Of a DNA stretch of 64,000 nt, positions 26,511-40,175 are shown in pieces. Under the pieces are notes generated by a model. It saw nothing but the letters and a program-made list of their open reading frames with translations. It ran no database searches and was not told where the DNA came from. Origin of the DNA: Octopus vulgaris (taxonomy: Eukaryota); the NCBI GenBank assembly GCA_951406725.2, contig OX597830.1, forward strand, positions 30,566,001 through 30,630,000. Reading direction: 5' to 3'. Each line of letters opens with the position of its first letter. Positions within the stretch are counted from its first letter, which is position 1. Position numbers and translations under genes: made by a program.

Positions 26511-26607
26511 TACAGACAGACAAAGAGAGAGAGAAATACATTTATAAACATAAACACAGACGTGTACGTGTATACGTATGTATTATGTATAAATAGAAGT
26601 ATGTGTG

Positions 26608-26666
<59 letters not shown>

Positions 26667-26715
26667 GGGTGGGGAAGCGAGTGTACGTACTATGAATTTT
26701 TATGAAAAATGCGTA

Positions 26716-27450
26716 CCTTTTATCATTTACTTCTCTTAGTCATTGTACTGCGGTTATGCTGGGGCACCACCTTGCAAGGTTTTTAATCGAATGAATCGAC
26801 CCCAGTAGTTTTTTTAAAGTTTGGTACTTATTCTATCGGTCAATTTCACCGAACCACTAGGTTACGAAGGACACACACAAACGCTCACTAGTTCTCAACT
26901 GATATATATATATATATATATATATACGTGCAGGCATGGCTATGTGGCACCTTGGGCAAGTGTCTTCTACTATAGCCTCGGGTCGACCAAAGCCTTGTGA
27001 GTGGATCTGGTAGACGGGAACTGAAAGAAGCACGTCGTATATATATGTGTATATATTTGTGTGTTTGTGTCTGTGTTCGTCACCCCTCCACACCCACACA
27101 CATAGCATCACTTTAGAATCGATGTTGATATATTTACGTTCACGTAACATAGCAGTTCGGCAGAAGAAACCGATAGAATAAGTACCAGGCTCACAAAGAA
27201 TAAGTCCAGGAGTCGATTTCTTCGATTAAAAGACGGTGCTCCAGCATGACTACAATCAAAATGACTGAAACAAGTAAAAGAATATATGCCACGGGTTTCT
27301 TTCAGTTTCCGTCAACTAAATCCTCTCATAAGGCTTTAGTCGGCTCGGGGCTATACTAGGAGACTAGTTGCCTTAGTGTGCCACGCAGGGGAATCGAACC
27401 CGAAGCCAAGTGGTTGGGAAACAGAATTCTTACTACACAACCACGCATGC
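26716..27450. mobile_element. SINE A(-) split by a SINE A(+) (26926-27281)
   Basis: The minus-strand tail (26716-26900) and head (27289-27450) flank a plus-strand copy inserted at the internal (TA)n. Confidence 0.8.
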
Positions 27451-28511
27451 ATGTATTTAACATCCTTATGATATGTGCATCGGTGAAAAGTCAGAAGCTA
27501 CATTTTTTTAACCCAAGAAAAATCTCTTTGTAGACGTATTGAGCTAAAAACAAAGGGCAATGTTATCGTCCCATTTGTGAACGCGAGTGTGACAGATTTG
27601 CATTTCACGGTTTTTGCAGTTTGTCAATGCCATATACTAATGTTAGACATTTTGCCGAATGGTTAAAGAGCTCGTTTCTCAATTAGAATTTGTTGAGTTC
27701 GATCTCAGAGCGTAGCATTCTGGATAAGTGGGCTTTATTATAGCTTCGGATCGATTCAAATGTTGTATGTGTCTTTGTGTCTGTGTTTGTCCTCCTTCAC
27801 CACTTGACAGACGGTGCTGGTGTGCTTACGTCTCAGTAACTTAGTGGTTCAACAAAAGAGAACGATAGAATAAGTGTCTCTCCGGGACACATTTGTAGCA
27901 TATGGCTTGCGGTCAACAGAACATGTTCGTGAAATTAATATGATCACTTCATAGACAAGCGTACCCTATCGTCGTTCTCAGGGAGATTGTGTGACATAGG
28001 ATGTGATAAGCCTGGCCCTTTGAAATACAGATATTACTAGGATTTTTTTCCCAGCTGAGTGAACTGGGTAGAAGGAACTTGTGTGAAAACCTGTCTAATT
28101 GATTGTACATGAAATTGCCACATTGTGGTCACCTTGATCTGACCTAAAACTAAGTTAAGTACATACATGTCTGTGGGACACACGGTCATTTACACGTTAA
28201 TTCAATGACCAGGAATTTCTTTCAGTAGCACGAAGATTTCAATCCTCATCACTGTAACCGACGGAGATCCATTTACTATTTCTTAATTTGTATTACACTT
28301 ACAGATAAACTAAGAAGTGAGCTTAGCTCTGAGCTGATAGCATCAGAACATGGTAGCCATTACTAAAAGGTAAAGTTATGTAACCTAAAATTGCATTCGT
28401 AATTGTACATGTAGCTGTGGCTTAGGGGAGAAGGTTGTTGTGACAATTCATTTAGATATAGATTTCTCGTTCAGCCATGAGACTACACAAGATATCCATA
28501 AATACAGAGTG

Positions 28512-28560
<49 letters not shown>

Positions 28561-28605
28561 ATGTATGTAAGTATGTATGTATGTATACATATATATACAT
28601 ATATA

Positions 28606-28638
<33 letters not shown>

Positions 28639-28922
28639 ACATATATATATACAGATATATATATATATTGGTGTGTGTATGTAAGTATGTATGTATGTAT
28701 ATATATATGTGCATATATATATACATATATATGTATATATATATTTATATATACATATACATATACTATTATATATATATATATATATATATACTATTAT
28801 TTATATAATGCGTTGCTAATAAAGAAATCTATATAACGTGCTATTACGTATATGTGTGCGTGTGTGTGTGTGAGTGTGTGTGTGTGTGTTTGTGTGTACT
28901 ATTGTGTGTGCGTATATATGTG

Positions 28923-29151
<229 letters not shown>

Positions 29152-29486
29152 ACTATAAAAATGGAGTTCACAGTTCAGATACAGAAGAAAAGAATTCTGC
29201 TTGAGGAGTTATTACATTCATCAAAAGTGTAAAGGGCGCAAAGAGAGACTGCACGTGGCCACTCTGTTTGCTAGAAAGAGCAGGCTAATTTTCTCCAACT
29301 AGTAATTTACTATTTTAAAAATGGATCGAGGATGAGTTCCAAAACGGTAAAAAAAACGTTCGTATGAACAGTGGTAAGGACCTCGTTTGAAAGGGAACAA
29401 TCTGATTGAATAATGTGATGTTTCGCTTCTGTGTTTTTTTTTAAAGCTATGTTTCTTTTAGTTCAGACATCATTTTTATATACATA

Positions 29487-29928
29487 GGCGCAGGCGTGGT
29501 TGTGTCGTAAGAAGCTTTCTTCCCAACCGTATGGTTCCAGGTTCAGTCCCAATACGTGGTACCTTGGGCAAGTGTTTTCTCCTATAACCTCAGGTCGACC
29601 AAAGGCTTATGAGTGGATTTGTTAGACGGAAGATGAAAGAAGGTCGTCGGAAACTGAAACAAGCTTGTTGTATATAAACGTGTGTATGTGTGCGTGTGTC
29701 TAAGTGTGTGTCTTTGAGTCTGTATTTGTCTCCCATTACTACTTGACAACCGATGCTGGGGTGCTTACGTCTCCGTAACTTAGTGGTTGAGCAAAAGAGA
29801 CCAATAGAATAAGTACCAGGCATTTAAAAATAAATCCTGGTGTCGATATGTTCGACTGGAAATTGGTTGAGGTGGTGCTCCAGCATGGCCGTTGTAAATG
29901 ACTGAAAGAATTCAAAGATAAAAGATAA
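29487..29928 (+). mobile_element. SINE family A, full length
   Basis: GGCGCAGGCGTGG head through to an AAATGACTGAAAG tail. Confidence 0.9.
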
Positions 29929-30095
29929 ATACATACGTGCATATGCGAGGATGAGTTTGGTACTTATTCTATCGGTCTATTTCACCGAACCACTAGGTTA
30001 CGAAGGACACACACAAACGCTCACTAGTTCTCAACTGGTGGTGGGGACGAACACGCACTGATATATACTCTTTTACTCTTTTACTTGTTTCAGCC

Positions 30096-30131
<36 letters not shown>

Positions 30132-30161
30132 GTATATATATATGTATATATATATATGTAT

Positions 30162-30230
<69 letters not shown>

Positions 30231-30354
30231 CATGCAGGCATGGCTGTGTGGCACCTTGGGCAAGTGTCTTCTACTATAGCCTCGGGTCGACCAAAGGCTT
30301 GTGAGTGGATCTGGTAGACGGGAACTGAAAGAAGCACGTCGTATATATATGTAG

Positions 30355-30873
30355 GATTATAAAAGTTGAATTACTTTTTAATTCACCTCCATGTGCGTGT
30401 GTAAGACCACTGGAGGTAAGGCATACCTTATCTTTTGCCACAGAATGTCTGTAGGAGGTCACTCTGATATAAAACCAGATATACAAGGAATGGTGTTGAA
30501 TATTTCGAGCGTCTTTTGCATGCGCTTGAGATCATAGCGCTTCTACATTTCTGAGCCTGCGACCCATATTGACAACTGAGTGTCTCCCTCTGGTTTACCT
30601 ATAGATCATTTAGGGTGAAGTGGGTCCCTAAGTTCTGTGCAAGCCTTTTTGCACCTAAAACCTTTGGGTGTGCAATCGCTAGCGATGCGACTATCCGATG
30701 CTCAGTCAAGTAGGAGGGCGCCGTCGCGATTTTGGAAGCTGTGGATGCGAGCCCGGGTAAAGTGACTTCTGGTGCAATAGGCGTTCTTATGCACGGGCAT
30801 TGCTGGCATTTTGCATGGACAGTGGTCAGTGATGATCTTCTTCGGTCACTAGTGGACAACCATCATCATCAAT
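30355..30873 (+). mobile_element. possible LINE 3' end with (CAT)n tail
   Basis: Complex GC-richer block. SPPCACVRPLEVRHTL resembles a C-terminal zinc-knuckle of I-group LINEs, and the block ends GGACAACCATCATCATC. Confidence 0.35.
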
Positions 30874-31311
30874 CATGTATGTATATACTATGTATGTATG
30901 TATGTATGTATGTATGTATGTATGTATGTATGTATGTATATATGTATGTACGAACGTACGTAAAGGATGCTTTTAAGATTTAAACAAAAACTATATATTT
31001 TGTATACACATTAACTTCAAACAGGTCACGGAATGATACTGAGGGACGTGAGTTTGATATCACCATTATATGCATATCTCATAGCCCCAGAAATTTCATA
31101 ATTTCTATGAATATCTGTCAAACTCTTTTGGTGGAAAATTCCTATGTCCAATTATGAAGTACCTTATGAGAGGTATGTATGTTTCTTTTCACTGAGTATA
31201 TACATAGACAGACACACACACACACTCACACAAACATATATTATGTGTGTGTGTACGTACATAGACGCATACATGCATACAAGCATACAAGCATACATAT
31301 ATATGCATACA

Positions 31312-31380
<69 letters not shown>

Positions 31381-31956
31381 GGTACGTTCATAAATTAACA
31401 TACACAGTTATCTAATTAAATATCTCTCGTTTTTGTTGTTCTTGTTTTGCAGATCTGCTCTGCGCCAACCACACCAATCGCTGTATTGTCTCTGGTCCCA
31501 TTATTATGCTCTCTCTCTTCCTCTCTCTCTACTTCCTGGCCAAATTTATCTGTTAAATCTGTCCAGATCATTGATTACTTCAGATATCCGTCTCCCTTTG
31601 TATAATTATAGAGCGTGTAAGTCCGTGAATGCGTCCGTGTGTGAGCGCTTGGGTGTCTCGGTGTGAGTATTGTGGTCTTATTGCGTTTATGTGTGAGGTG
31701 TATGCGTATTATTTCTGACTTTGCGTTATGATCTCACGATGGTTACTTTGTGTGTGTGAAGGCGTCCTAGAGTGGAAATGGTGTATATGCGTGTTGTCCC
31801 AATGGCAGAGACTCATTAGAGAAAGAGAAGGGAACGAGTGAAAAACAAAGGAGTCAAGCGGAAGGGAGAGAAGGATACGGAGAAAGCCATGAAACGGCCG
31901 CAGAGTGAAATCATGCGATATCGACATAAAATGTGTACGTGTGTACGTACATATAC

Positions 31957-32014
<58 letters not shown>

Positions 32015-32042
32015 GTGTATATATATATGTGTATGTATATAT

Positions 32043-32080
<38 letters not shown>

Positions 32081-32401
32081 GTGTGTGTGTGTGTGTATAT
32101 ATGTATATATATATATATATATATAGTAACGAAGGTGGCTAGACAATATAAGACCAAAAAGAAAAACTTCGATTGTCACTAATAGTGATAGAGGGCGCAG
32201 AGTAGCACCTACAGTGCTAAAAACAAGAGTCAAAGACCCTTATAGCCATAAAAAGCACATTGTCTATGTACTGACAGGGAAGATAATCGCCCCACAGCAA
32301 GCGAGTTCACTACACTAGCAAGCTAGTTAAAGGTTATCAATAGTGATTGCTTATATACATATGAATGGATACATACCTATTTACATACCTGTACTTATAG
32401 T

Positions 32402-32402
<1 letters not shown>

Positions 32403-32482
<80 letters not shown>
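32403..32482 (+). repeat. (GATA)n microsatellite
   Basis: Read directly. Confidence 0.95.
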
Positions 32483-33219
32483 GTTGATTTACATATATAG
32501 TAATATGTATGTTTGTATCTATATGAAGATGGAAAGTTGCCTTGTTGATAAGTGACAGGATAAATGTATTATCGATAAATGCTCAAATAAAATGGTCTCT
32601 CCTGAATTAAAGAAATTAGCAGGGGAATATACCTCTAGGAATCACAATTGGAATACGAGGAGCTACTTTCTAGTACAGTGTGGTGGGAAAACCCTTCAAC
32701 TTTCTCAAAATATATATGATTATTGAAAGAACATTATGTGAAAATACTGGAAGTAAAAATCAAGCCCTGTTTCATCGACGAAAGCTGTTATCAGTTTTAG
32801 TTAAGAATAAGTATAAAAATCGGATAATTTGGAGTAAGTAAAAAAAAAATCGAGATTTGAGAACTTCATAAATTTTAGTTGCGAAAACTAGTGGTGAAAG
32901 TGAAATAAGTAGGGATTAAAATAAATTCTTCTTGAATGAAGGGGAAATTAAAATGGATTCCTGATAGGATAGAATGAAAAGTAGGTCACGTTCTCTTCTT
33001 ATCTAAGGAAAGTATATTTTGCAACTTAGCTGCAAGGAATTTGTAAATGTGTAATTTGTGGAGACCCCGCTACCCGTTCTTGCAGGATTTGAAATGCATT
33101 CTAAGAGAAATTTGTGTCATATCCTGGAAGTGATTTGTATTTCTAAACATAAAAATTTTCGTTACTATAGAGGAGACAGGCAGACAGACAAACAGACAAA
33201 TGATAACACTAAATAATTA

Positions 33220-33266
<47 letters not shown>

Positions 33267-34093
33267 GACTCCATTTTGATCAATTAAACGATTCGTTGTT
33301 ATCAGTAATTCATCGTATCCATAGCACGAGACTGACATCGAAATAAATAACATTCCTAAACAAAAGACAACGATTCTAACTCTAACGAATATCATCCACA
33401 ACAAAAAGAAAAACAAAATGGTAGAGTAGCCAGGGACGCCAAGCTGTCGCGAACAAGAGACCACGTAGTTGCGAAGCAAACGTCTTCAACACCCGGCCAC
33501 ACTGCGTCCGCAACTTGTAATGCGCTAAAGAAATATCTAAAAAAAAAAAAAAAAAAAGTGGTTCTTAATTCTAATGCTTTTCATCATTGGTCGTCTGCTT
33601 AATCAAACTTGACCAGTTATTGGCTAAACAACAACAACAACAACAACAGCAACAATTTTTTTTTCTTTACATTTCCTTTCAGCCATCACTCCCCAACCTC
33701 ATTTACCTCATCGTTCATAAGCCTATTCATTTTCCATTTAAAGTGGAACAAAATTCTTCGGTCGCCAAAAACCACTCGAGTAGATTTGAAGAAGACGTAG
33801 AGTTTACTGAGTTCAAAGTGACAGACTGTTAATTAATGTGGTGTCTTCCGATCTTGAAGTGGACGCAGTCTGAAATTACAAATAGTTCTTTTATTTTGTT
33901 TCAGGTTTACTGGATTATGGTTCATGCTGGGACACGGCATTGAATGGTTTTAGTTGATCGTAAGAGATCTCAGTACTTTAGTTTTACGCCTGGTGTATGT
34001 CATAGAAATAGGAGTCAAAGTCCCAAATCCATCACCGAAATCAACGAATTATGACAGACAACAGTAGGCAAGCAAATGTTTAAAGAATTAAAC

Positions 34094-34511
34094 AGTGGTT
34101 GTGAGGTAAGTAGCTTGCTTACCAACCACATAGTTCCGGGTTCAGTCCCACTGCGTAGCACTTTGGGCAAGTGTCTTCTACTATAGCCTCGGGCCGACCA
34201 AAGCCTTGTGAGTGGATTTGGTAAACGGAAATTGAAAGAAGCCTGTCGTATATATGTATATATGTATATATGTGTGTGTGTGTGTGTGTGTGTATGTTTG
34301 TGTGTCTGTGTTTTTCCCTCCCCCAACATCGCTTGACAACCGATGCTGGTGTGTTTACGTCCCCTAACTTAGCGGTTCTGCAAAAGACACCGATAGAATA
34401 AGTACTAGGCTTACAAAGAATAAGTCCTGGGGGTCGATATCTCGACTAAAGGTGGTGCTCCAGCATGGCCACAGTCAAATGACTGAAAACAAGTAACAGA
34501 GTAAAAGAGTA
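34094..34511 (+). mobile_element. SINE family A
   Basis: Matches 17815-18240. Confidence 0.92.
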
Positions 34512-34900
34512 ATTATAAACATACCATTAATGATTGTCATGCGGGTATTCATGTATTATGGTTTCTGGTTCTGGTCCGCGAGCCTCAACCTTCATCAGCA
34601 TGAATCACCGTTGAAAAGTTCTAAATCTGTTACGTTGAACATCCATCAACTCTCTGACTTGTTTTGCAAATATGTTTATGAGCAAAATTCGAATGTAGAC
34701 AGTCGAAGAAAGATATTATCATTGTTAATATTATCTGTGCTGAATATAAGTAATTGATAACAATAACAATGACATTATAGGTGGTTCCAGGTTTTTAAAT
34801 AGCATTCATTATATAGCTATACGTTAAAATTACAAATTAGCACTAAGATTAAGGACGCACAGGGCATCAACCTGTTTGGAAATAGGAGTCAATATCCCAA

Positions 34901-34948
<48 letters not shown>

Positions 34949-35242
34949 AATTAAATTAATAAATAAAACATATGCATATATACATATATGTACGTACCTA
35001 CCTCTACATGTATATATACACGCATATATGGGTACAGGACACCAAAAAACGTCGATCACAATGAGAAACGAAAACATAAACACAAAACCAAGGAACTGGA
35101 CATTTTTCTTAAACAACAAAAAAATAGAGTACAGGACAAATAACACAAGGAAAATTCCCCTTCTTCAGTAGTCATGGTTTCATCTACTCTGCGTTTCGAA
35201 GGTGAAGGCGATACGCATCTTCGATAGAAACTTTCCTTCCCG

Positions 35243-35311
<69 letters not shown>

Positions 35312-35380
35312 CCGTTTTGATCAATTAAACGATTCATTGTTATCAGTTATTTTATTGCTTCTTCATCGTATCCATAACAC

Positions 35381-36111
35381 GAGGCTAGCAGAAACGTTAG
35401 CACGCCGGGCGAAATGCGTAGCCGTATTTCGTCTGAGTTCAAATTCCACCGAGGTCGACTTTGCCTTTCATCCTTTCGGGGTCGATAAATTCAGTACCAG
35501 TTACGCACTGGGGTCGATATAATCGACTTAACCGTTTGTCTGTCCTTGTTTGTCCTCTCTGTGCATAGCCCCTTGTGGATAGTAAAGAAATAGGTATTTC
35601 GTCTGCCGTTACGTTCTGAGTTCAAATTCCGCCGAGGTCGACTTTGCCTTTCATCCTTTCGGGTCGATAAATTAAGTACCAGTTACGCACTGAGGTTGAT
35701 GTAATCGACTTAATCCGTTTGTCTGTTATTGCTTGTCATCTTTGTGTTTAGCCCCTTGTGGGTAGTAAAGAAATAGGTATTTCGTCTGTCTTTACGTTCT
35801 GAGTTCAAATTCCGCCGAGGTCGACTTTGCCTTTCGTCCTTTCGGAATCGGTAACATTAAGTACCAGATACACACTGGGGTCGATGCTATCGACTTAATC
35901 CCTTTGTCTGTCCTTGTTTGTCCCCTCTATGTTTAGCCCCTTGTAGGCAATAAAGAAATAAGAAGCGCTAGCATGCCGGGAGAAATACTGAGCGGTATTT
36001 CGTCTGCCGTTACGTTCTGAGTTCAAATTCCGCCGAGGTCAACTTTGCCTTTCATCCTTTTGGGATCAATAAATTAAGTACCAGTTACGCACTGGGGTCG
36101 ATATAATTGAC
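35381..36111 (+). mobile_element. SINE family B tandem array (4 units)
   Basis: Junctions AAAGAAATAG|GTATTTCGTC at ~35593 and ~35776, and AAAGAAATA|AGAAGCGCTAGC at ~35960. Confidence 0.92.
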
Positions 36112-36465
36112 TGAGAGTATGTGCTGGGACAAATATAATGTCCGAATGGTTCAGTCGTTGTGGCCAAGAACAAAAAAACAACATTAGGAAGGATCAAGTC
36201 TTTCATATTAAATACATGATATGGCTAGAAATACTAAAGAGTGTTGCATACACATTGGGATATAGAAACACATAGCACTATAAACATACAAGCTCATTAA
36301 TATAATCTAATTCCATTATGTATTTATATACGGGGACACTTACACATATGGATATATACAGAAATTTATATCTACACACATACACATATATGCATACATG
36401 CATCTGTCTATCTATGTATACACCTATGCATAAATACGTATATGTGTTTGTGTGTGTATTTATGC

Positions 36466-36866
36466 ATTGTGTGGTAAGTAGCTTGCTTACCAGCCTCATG
36501 GTTCCGAGTTCAGTCCCACTGCATGGCAGCTTGGGCAAGTGTCTTCTACTATAGCCTCGGGCCGACCAAAGACTTGTGAGTTGATTTGATAGACGGAAAC
36601 TGAAAGAAGCCCGTCGTATGTATGTATATGTATATGTATGTGTGTGTGTGTTTGTGTGTGTGTGTTTGTCCCTCCATCATCACTTGACAACCGATGCTGG
36701 TTTGTTTACGTCCCCGTAACTTAGCGGTTCGGCAAAAGAGACGGATAGAATAAGTACTAGGCTTACAAAGAATAAGTCCTGAGGTCGATTTGCTCGACTA
36801 AAGGCGGTGCTCCTGCATGGCCGCAGTCAAATGACTGAAACAAATAAAAGAGTAAAAAAGAGTAAA

Positions 36867-36870
<4 letters not shown>
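36466..36870 (+). mobile_element. SINE family A
   Basis: Matches 17815-18240. Confidence 0.92.
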
Positions 36871-36918
<48 letters not shown>

Positions 36919-37000
36919 CTTTATTACACATGCTAGACACCGGTATGAAAAATTCTCTAAATTTTCTACCCTTGTTATTTTCACAGTGTATATATATATG

Positions 37001-37132
37001 TTAATCAGCCGAAATTGCGAGGATGATCCGGTTCTTGACTGAAGATTGAAGGCTTCGAATGTCCCGTCCGTGTTTTTTGTATCGTCTTCTAAATGTTTTA
37101 CGTTCTTGTCCCAGTTTGTATTTTTCTACATA
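37001..37132 (+). mobile_element. (TA)n-embedded ~130-bp repeat (copies at 39072-39199 and, reversed, 53825-53965 and 54704-54844)
   Basis: AGCCGAAATTGCGAGGATGATCCGGTTCTTGACTGAAGA...TTTTTCTACATA recurs at all four sites. A Penelope-like terminus is inferred. Confidence 0.75.
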
Positions 37133-37134
37133 TA

Positions 37135-37171
<37 letters not shown>

Positions 37172-37700
37172 CTGAGACCCGCTTCGGTCATGACTGACCA
37201 TGGGATTGCACCTAGAAAGTTACCCTCCCAAGCATACACACACACGCACACACATATGCACATGTATTTACATATGTACAGACATATGCATACAGATTCT
37301 TACATACATACATACATACATACATTCATACATACTTATATGTGTGTGTATTTATGTATGTATGTATGTATGTATGTATGTATGTATGTATGTATGTATG
37401 TATGTATGTATGTATGTATGTATGTATGTATATGCGGTGTTTGTATGCGTTGCTGAGTGTGACTGCTTAAGAGAATTTATGTAGGGATGGGGCAAAGTAA
37501 ATTTCACTACCGAATTTCTGACCAAGCATAGCTATATATAAGCATATGTATAGAACATAAGCATATACATATGTATTACTTATAAGAAGCTCAATGTGGG
37601 CATTATGTATACATATATGTAATATACAAATATATATATATACATATACGTTTATATAAATGAGTGTACATGTATATACATGTATGCATACATATGCATA

Positions 37701-37780
<80 letters not shown>

Positions 37781-37831
37781 TATATACATACATATGTACT
37801 TCACACACACATGCATATGTCTCTGTGTGCG

Positions 37832-37869
<38 letters not shown>

Positions 37870-38205
37870 AAGAGAGAGAGATTTACATACATAGAATAAA
37901 ATAAAACAAACCGAACATCAAATAAAATCATAAAAAAAAAGAAGGGTACAAACTACAACGTAACAAAAAAGAAAACAAAAAGAAAAGAAAAAAACAAAAA
38001 CAAGCTAATGACTGAAGAGAGGGCGGGACGAGTGGGCAGCCCCTAGACTCCGTTATTGATCCCAATCTAAGACAGGGAGACACACTGTCTAATTCTGGTG
38101 GCAAGATAAACATTATATACATCAATTTCTCAGTGTGAGATTCAAAGTCTCTATATTTATCCTCCTTCTATAGCCATCTTCATATGTATACACACGTGTG
38201 TGTGT

Positions 38206-38247
<42 letters not shown>

Positions 38248-38406
38248 AAATCCGCAAATATCCGTAGAGTGTATGTATTATATATACATGTATGTATATA
38301 AGATAGATAGATAATCGCAGATACATATATATATGTATATGCTTATGTACGTACGTATAAGTACATACATACTTCTACGCATATATGTACAAATATGCAT
38401 ACCTTC

Positions 38407-38462
<56 letters not shown>

Positions 38463-39041
38463 GTCTTTCTTTCTCTCCCTCTCCCCCTCTCTCTCCCCCT
38501 CTATACATACATACACACATACATATACATACATACATAATATACGTACATACACACATGCATATTTACATATATTCTTATATGCATGCATACATATATG
38601 CATATATATATATATACATATATATACTTTGTATACACACGCGTGCAAACACAGAAATATATGCACACGTATCTATATATTAATAAATTTATATACGTAT
38701 ATTGAATTCAAATGAATTAGTGTAAATGTATACGGCCGTTTGTTTCTGCACAAATATGAACTCATGCCAATATCTGCATATGTATGAGTGTGTGAACGAT
38801 TGTGTGCATGTACGTGTGTGTTTATGTATGTATACGCGTCTTAATGTTATATACATGTATATGTATATGTGTGTGTGGAGGGGGGTCTCAGGGGTGGGTA
38901 AGTGTGTGGTGTCAGTATGTATAATACTTAAGGAACGGCGATTTTAAGACCAACTCTGGTCAAAATATTTCTTAATTCAAATGCATATACATGTGTATGT
39001 ATACAGATATAGATATATAGAGATAGAGGTGCAAGTATGTA

Positions 39042-39074
<33 letters not shown>

Positions 39075-39205
39075 CCGAAATTGCGAGGATGATCCGGTTC
39101 TTGACTGAAGATTGAGGGCTTCGAATGTCCCGTCCGTGTTTTTTGTATCGTCTTCTAAGTGTTTTGCGTTCTTGTCCCAGTTTGTATTTTTCTACATATA
39201 ATAAT

Positions 39206-39311
<106 letters not shown>

Positions 39312-39343
39312 TCACACGCACATATTACATATATATAAGTATA

Positions 39344-39410
39344 TACGATGGGGTGCTGAAAAGTTCCCGGCTTTGAGAAAAGGAAAATACAGGCAGATTG
39401 ATTAATTATG
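39344..39410 (+). mobile_element. mariner-like MITE end
   Basis: TA|CGATGGGGTGCTGAAAAGTTCCCGGC resembles mariner-type TIRs (TACGAGGG..). No partner TIR was found. Confidence 0.45.
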
Positions 39411-40110
39411 AGTTGCAAGCTCCTTATCAATGGTCCATAGATGTCCTCTTTCTCTTGTATTTCTCGAACTACACTGGTGTCCAGAGGTTAGCTGATTTCC
39501 CCAACAGAAAATATATTTTCCTTGTGGTTTCACATGTTGCGTTTTAATTTTACTAATACTCTTTTTCACCTATCGGTCTCAATATAGTCGTCTTTGTTGG
39601 TACATGTTTTCCTTTTTGTTATCCTATTTCAGACCATTCTAGCCACAGCACCATACCCCCATTGGAAGATATCTGCAAGCCATTCTCCCGCAATTGGTCA
39701 TAATGGAGTTGATGTCTTCGGTCTTTGTCTTGCCAAGCCTGACAACGTTTTCTGCCTTTTATGCTGGTCGTACTTAGTGGGGATTTCGTTTTTGAACGGT
39801 CGTAGCCTTCGAAGTGGGATGTCATAAACTCATCGGTATTCCATCCCAAGCTTTTGGCATTATCAATCCTGTGTATGGCCTCTGTTTCTCGTACCAAATA
39901 ACCAAGAACTATCTTCTCAGTGACCCGGATTACTTTCTTATTTTGTTCTGATAAATAGATTTTACCATTGCTCCTTAGGAAGAGCACTGTATCAGCTCTT
40001 ATTTCGTCCCTCGCCTCAAGTTCATTAGCTATCCTAATTATGTAATTAATTTTATGGTCACAAACCTAGGCAACATAGTTACTGGTCTCTTTCGTCTGCT
40101 GCAAATGTTG
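39410..40110 (-). mobile_element. decayed RLE-type (R4/Dong-like) LINE fragment: linker, zinc knuckle and endonuclease
   Basis: Across frameshifts: SLGWNTDEFMTSHFEGY..EIPTKY..CRLGKTKTEDINSIMTNC..RYLPM..AVARMV...EIS*PLD..EKEDIYGPLIRSLQL. Confidence 0.8.
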
Positions 40111-40175
40111 TTTCAGTATGCATGAATATCTTTGAAGTGTAAATGTATATATACACTCGTACTTTATATCAATAT

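Noticed and set aside
32520-33150. A-rich block reminiscent of a decayed LINE ORF2 end
   Set aside because: Too degraded, with no motif I can defend.
33400-33560. GC-richer segment behind a poly-T/AG acceptor on the minus strand
   Set aside because: No matching donor was found and no frame gave a recognisable peptide.
35381-36111. SINE B arrays as CRISPR or tRNA gene clusters
   Set aside because: Whole units repeat without spacers, the heads are non-canonical, and monomers are dispersed with TSDs.
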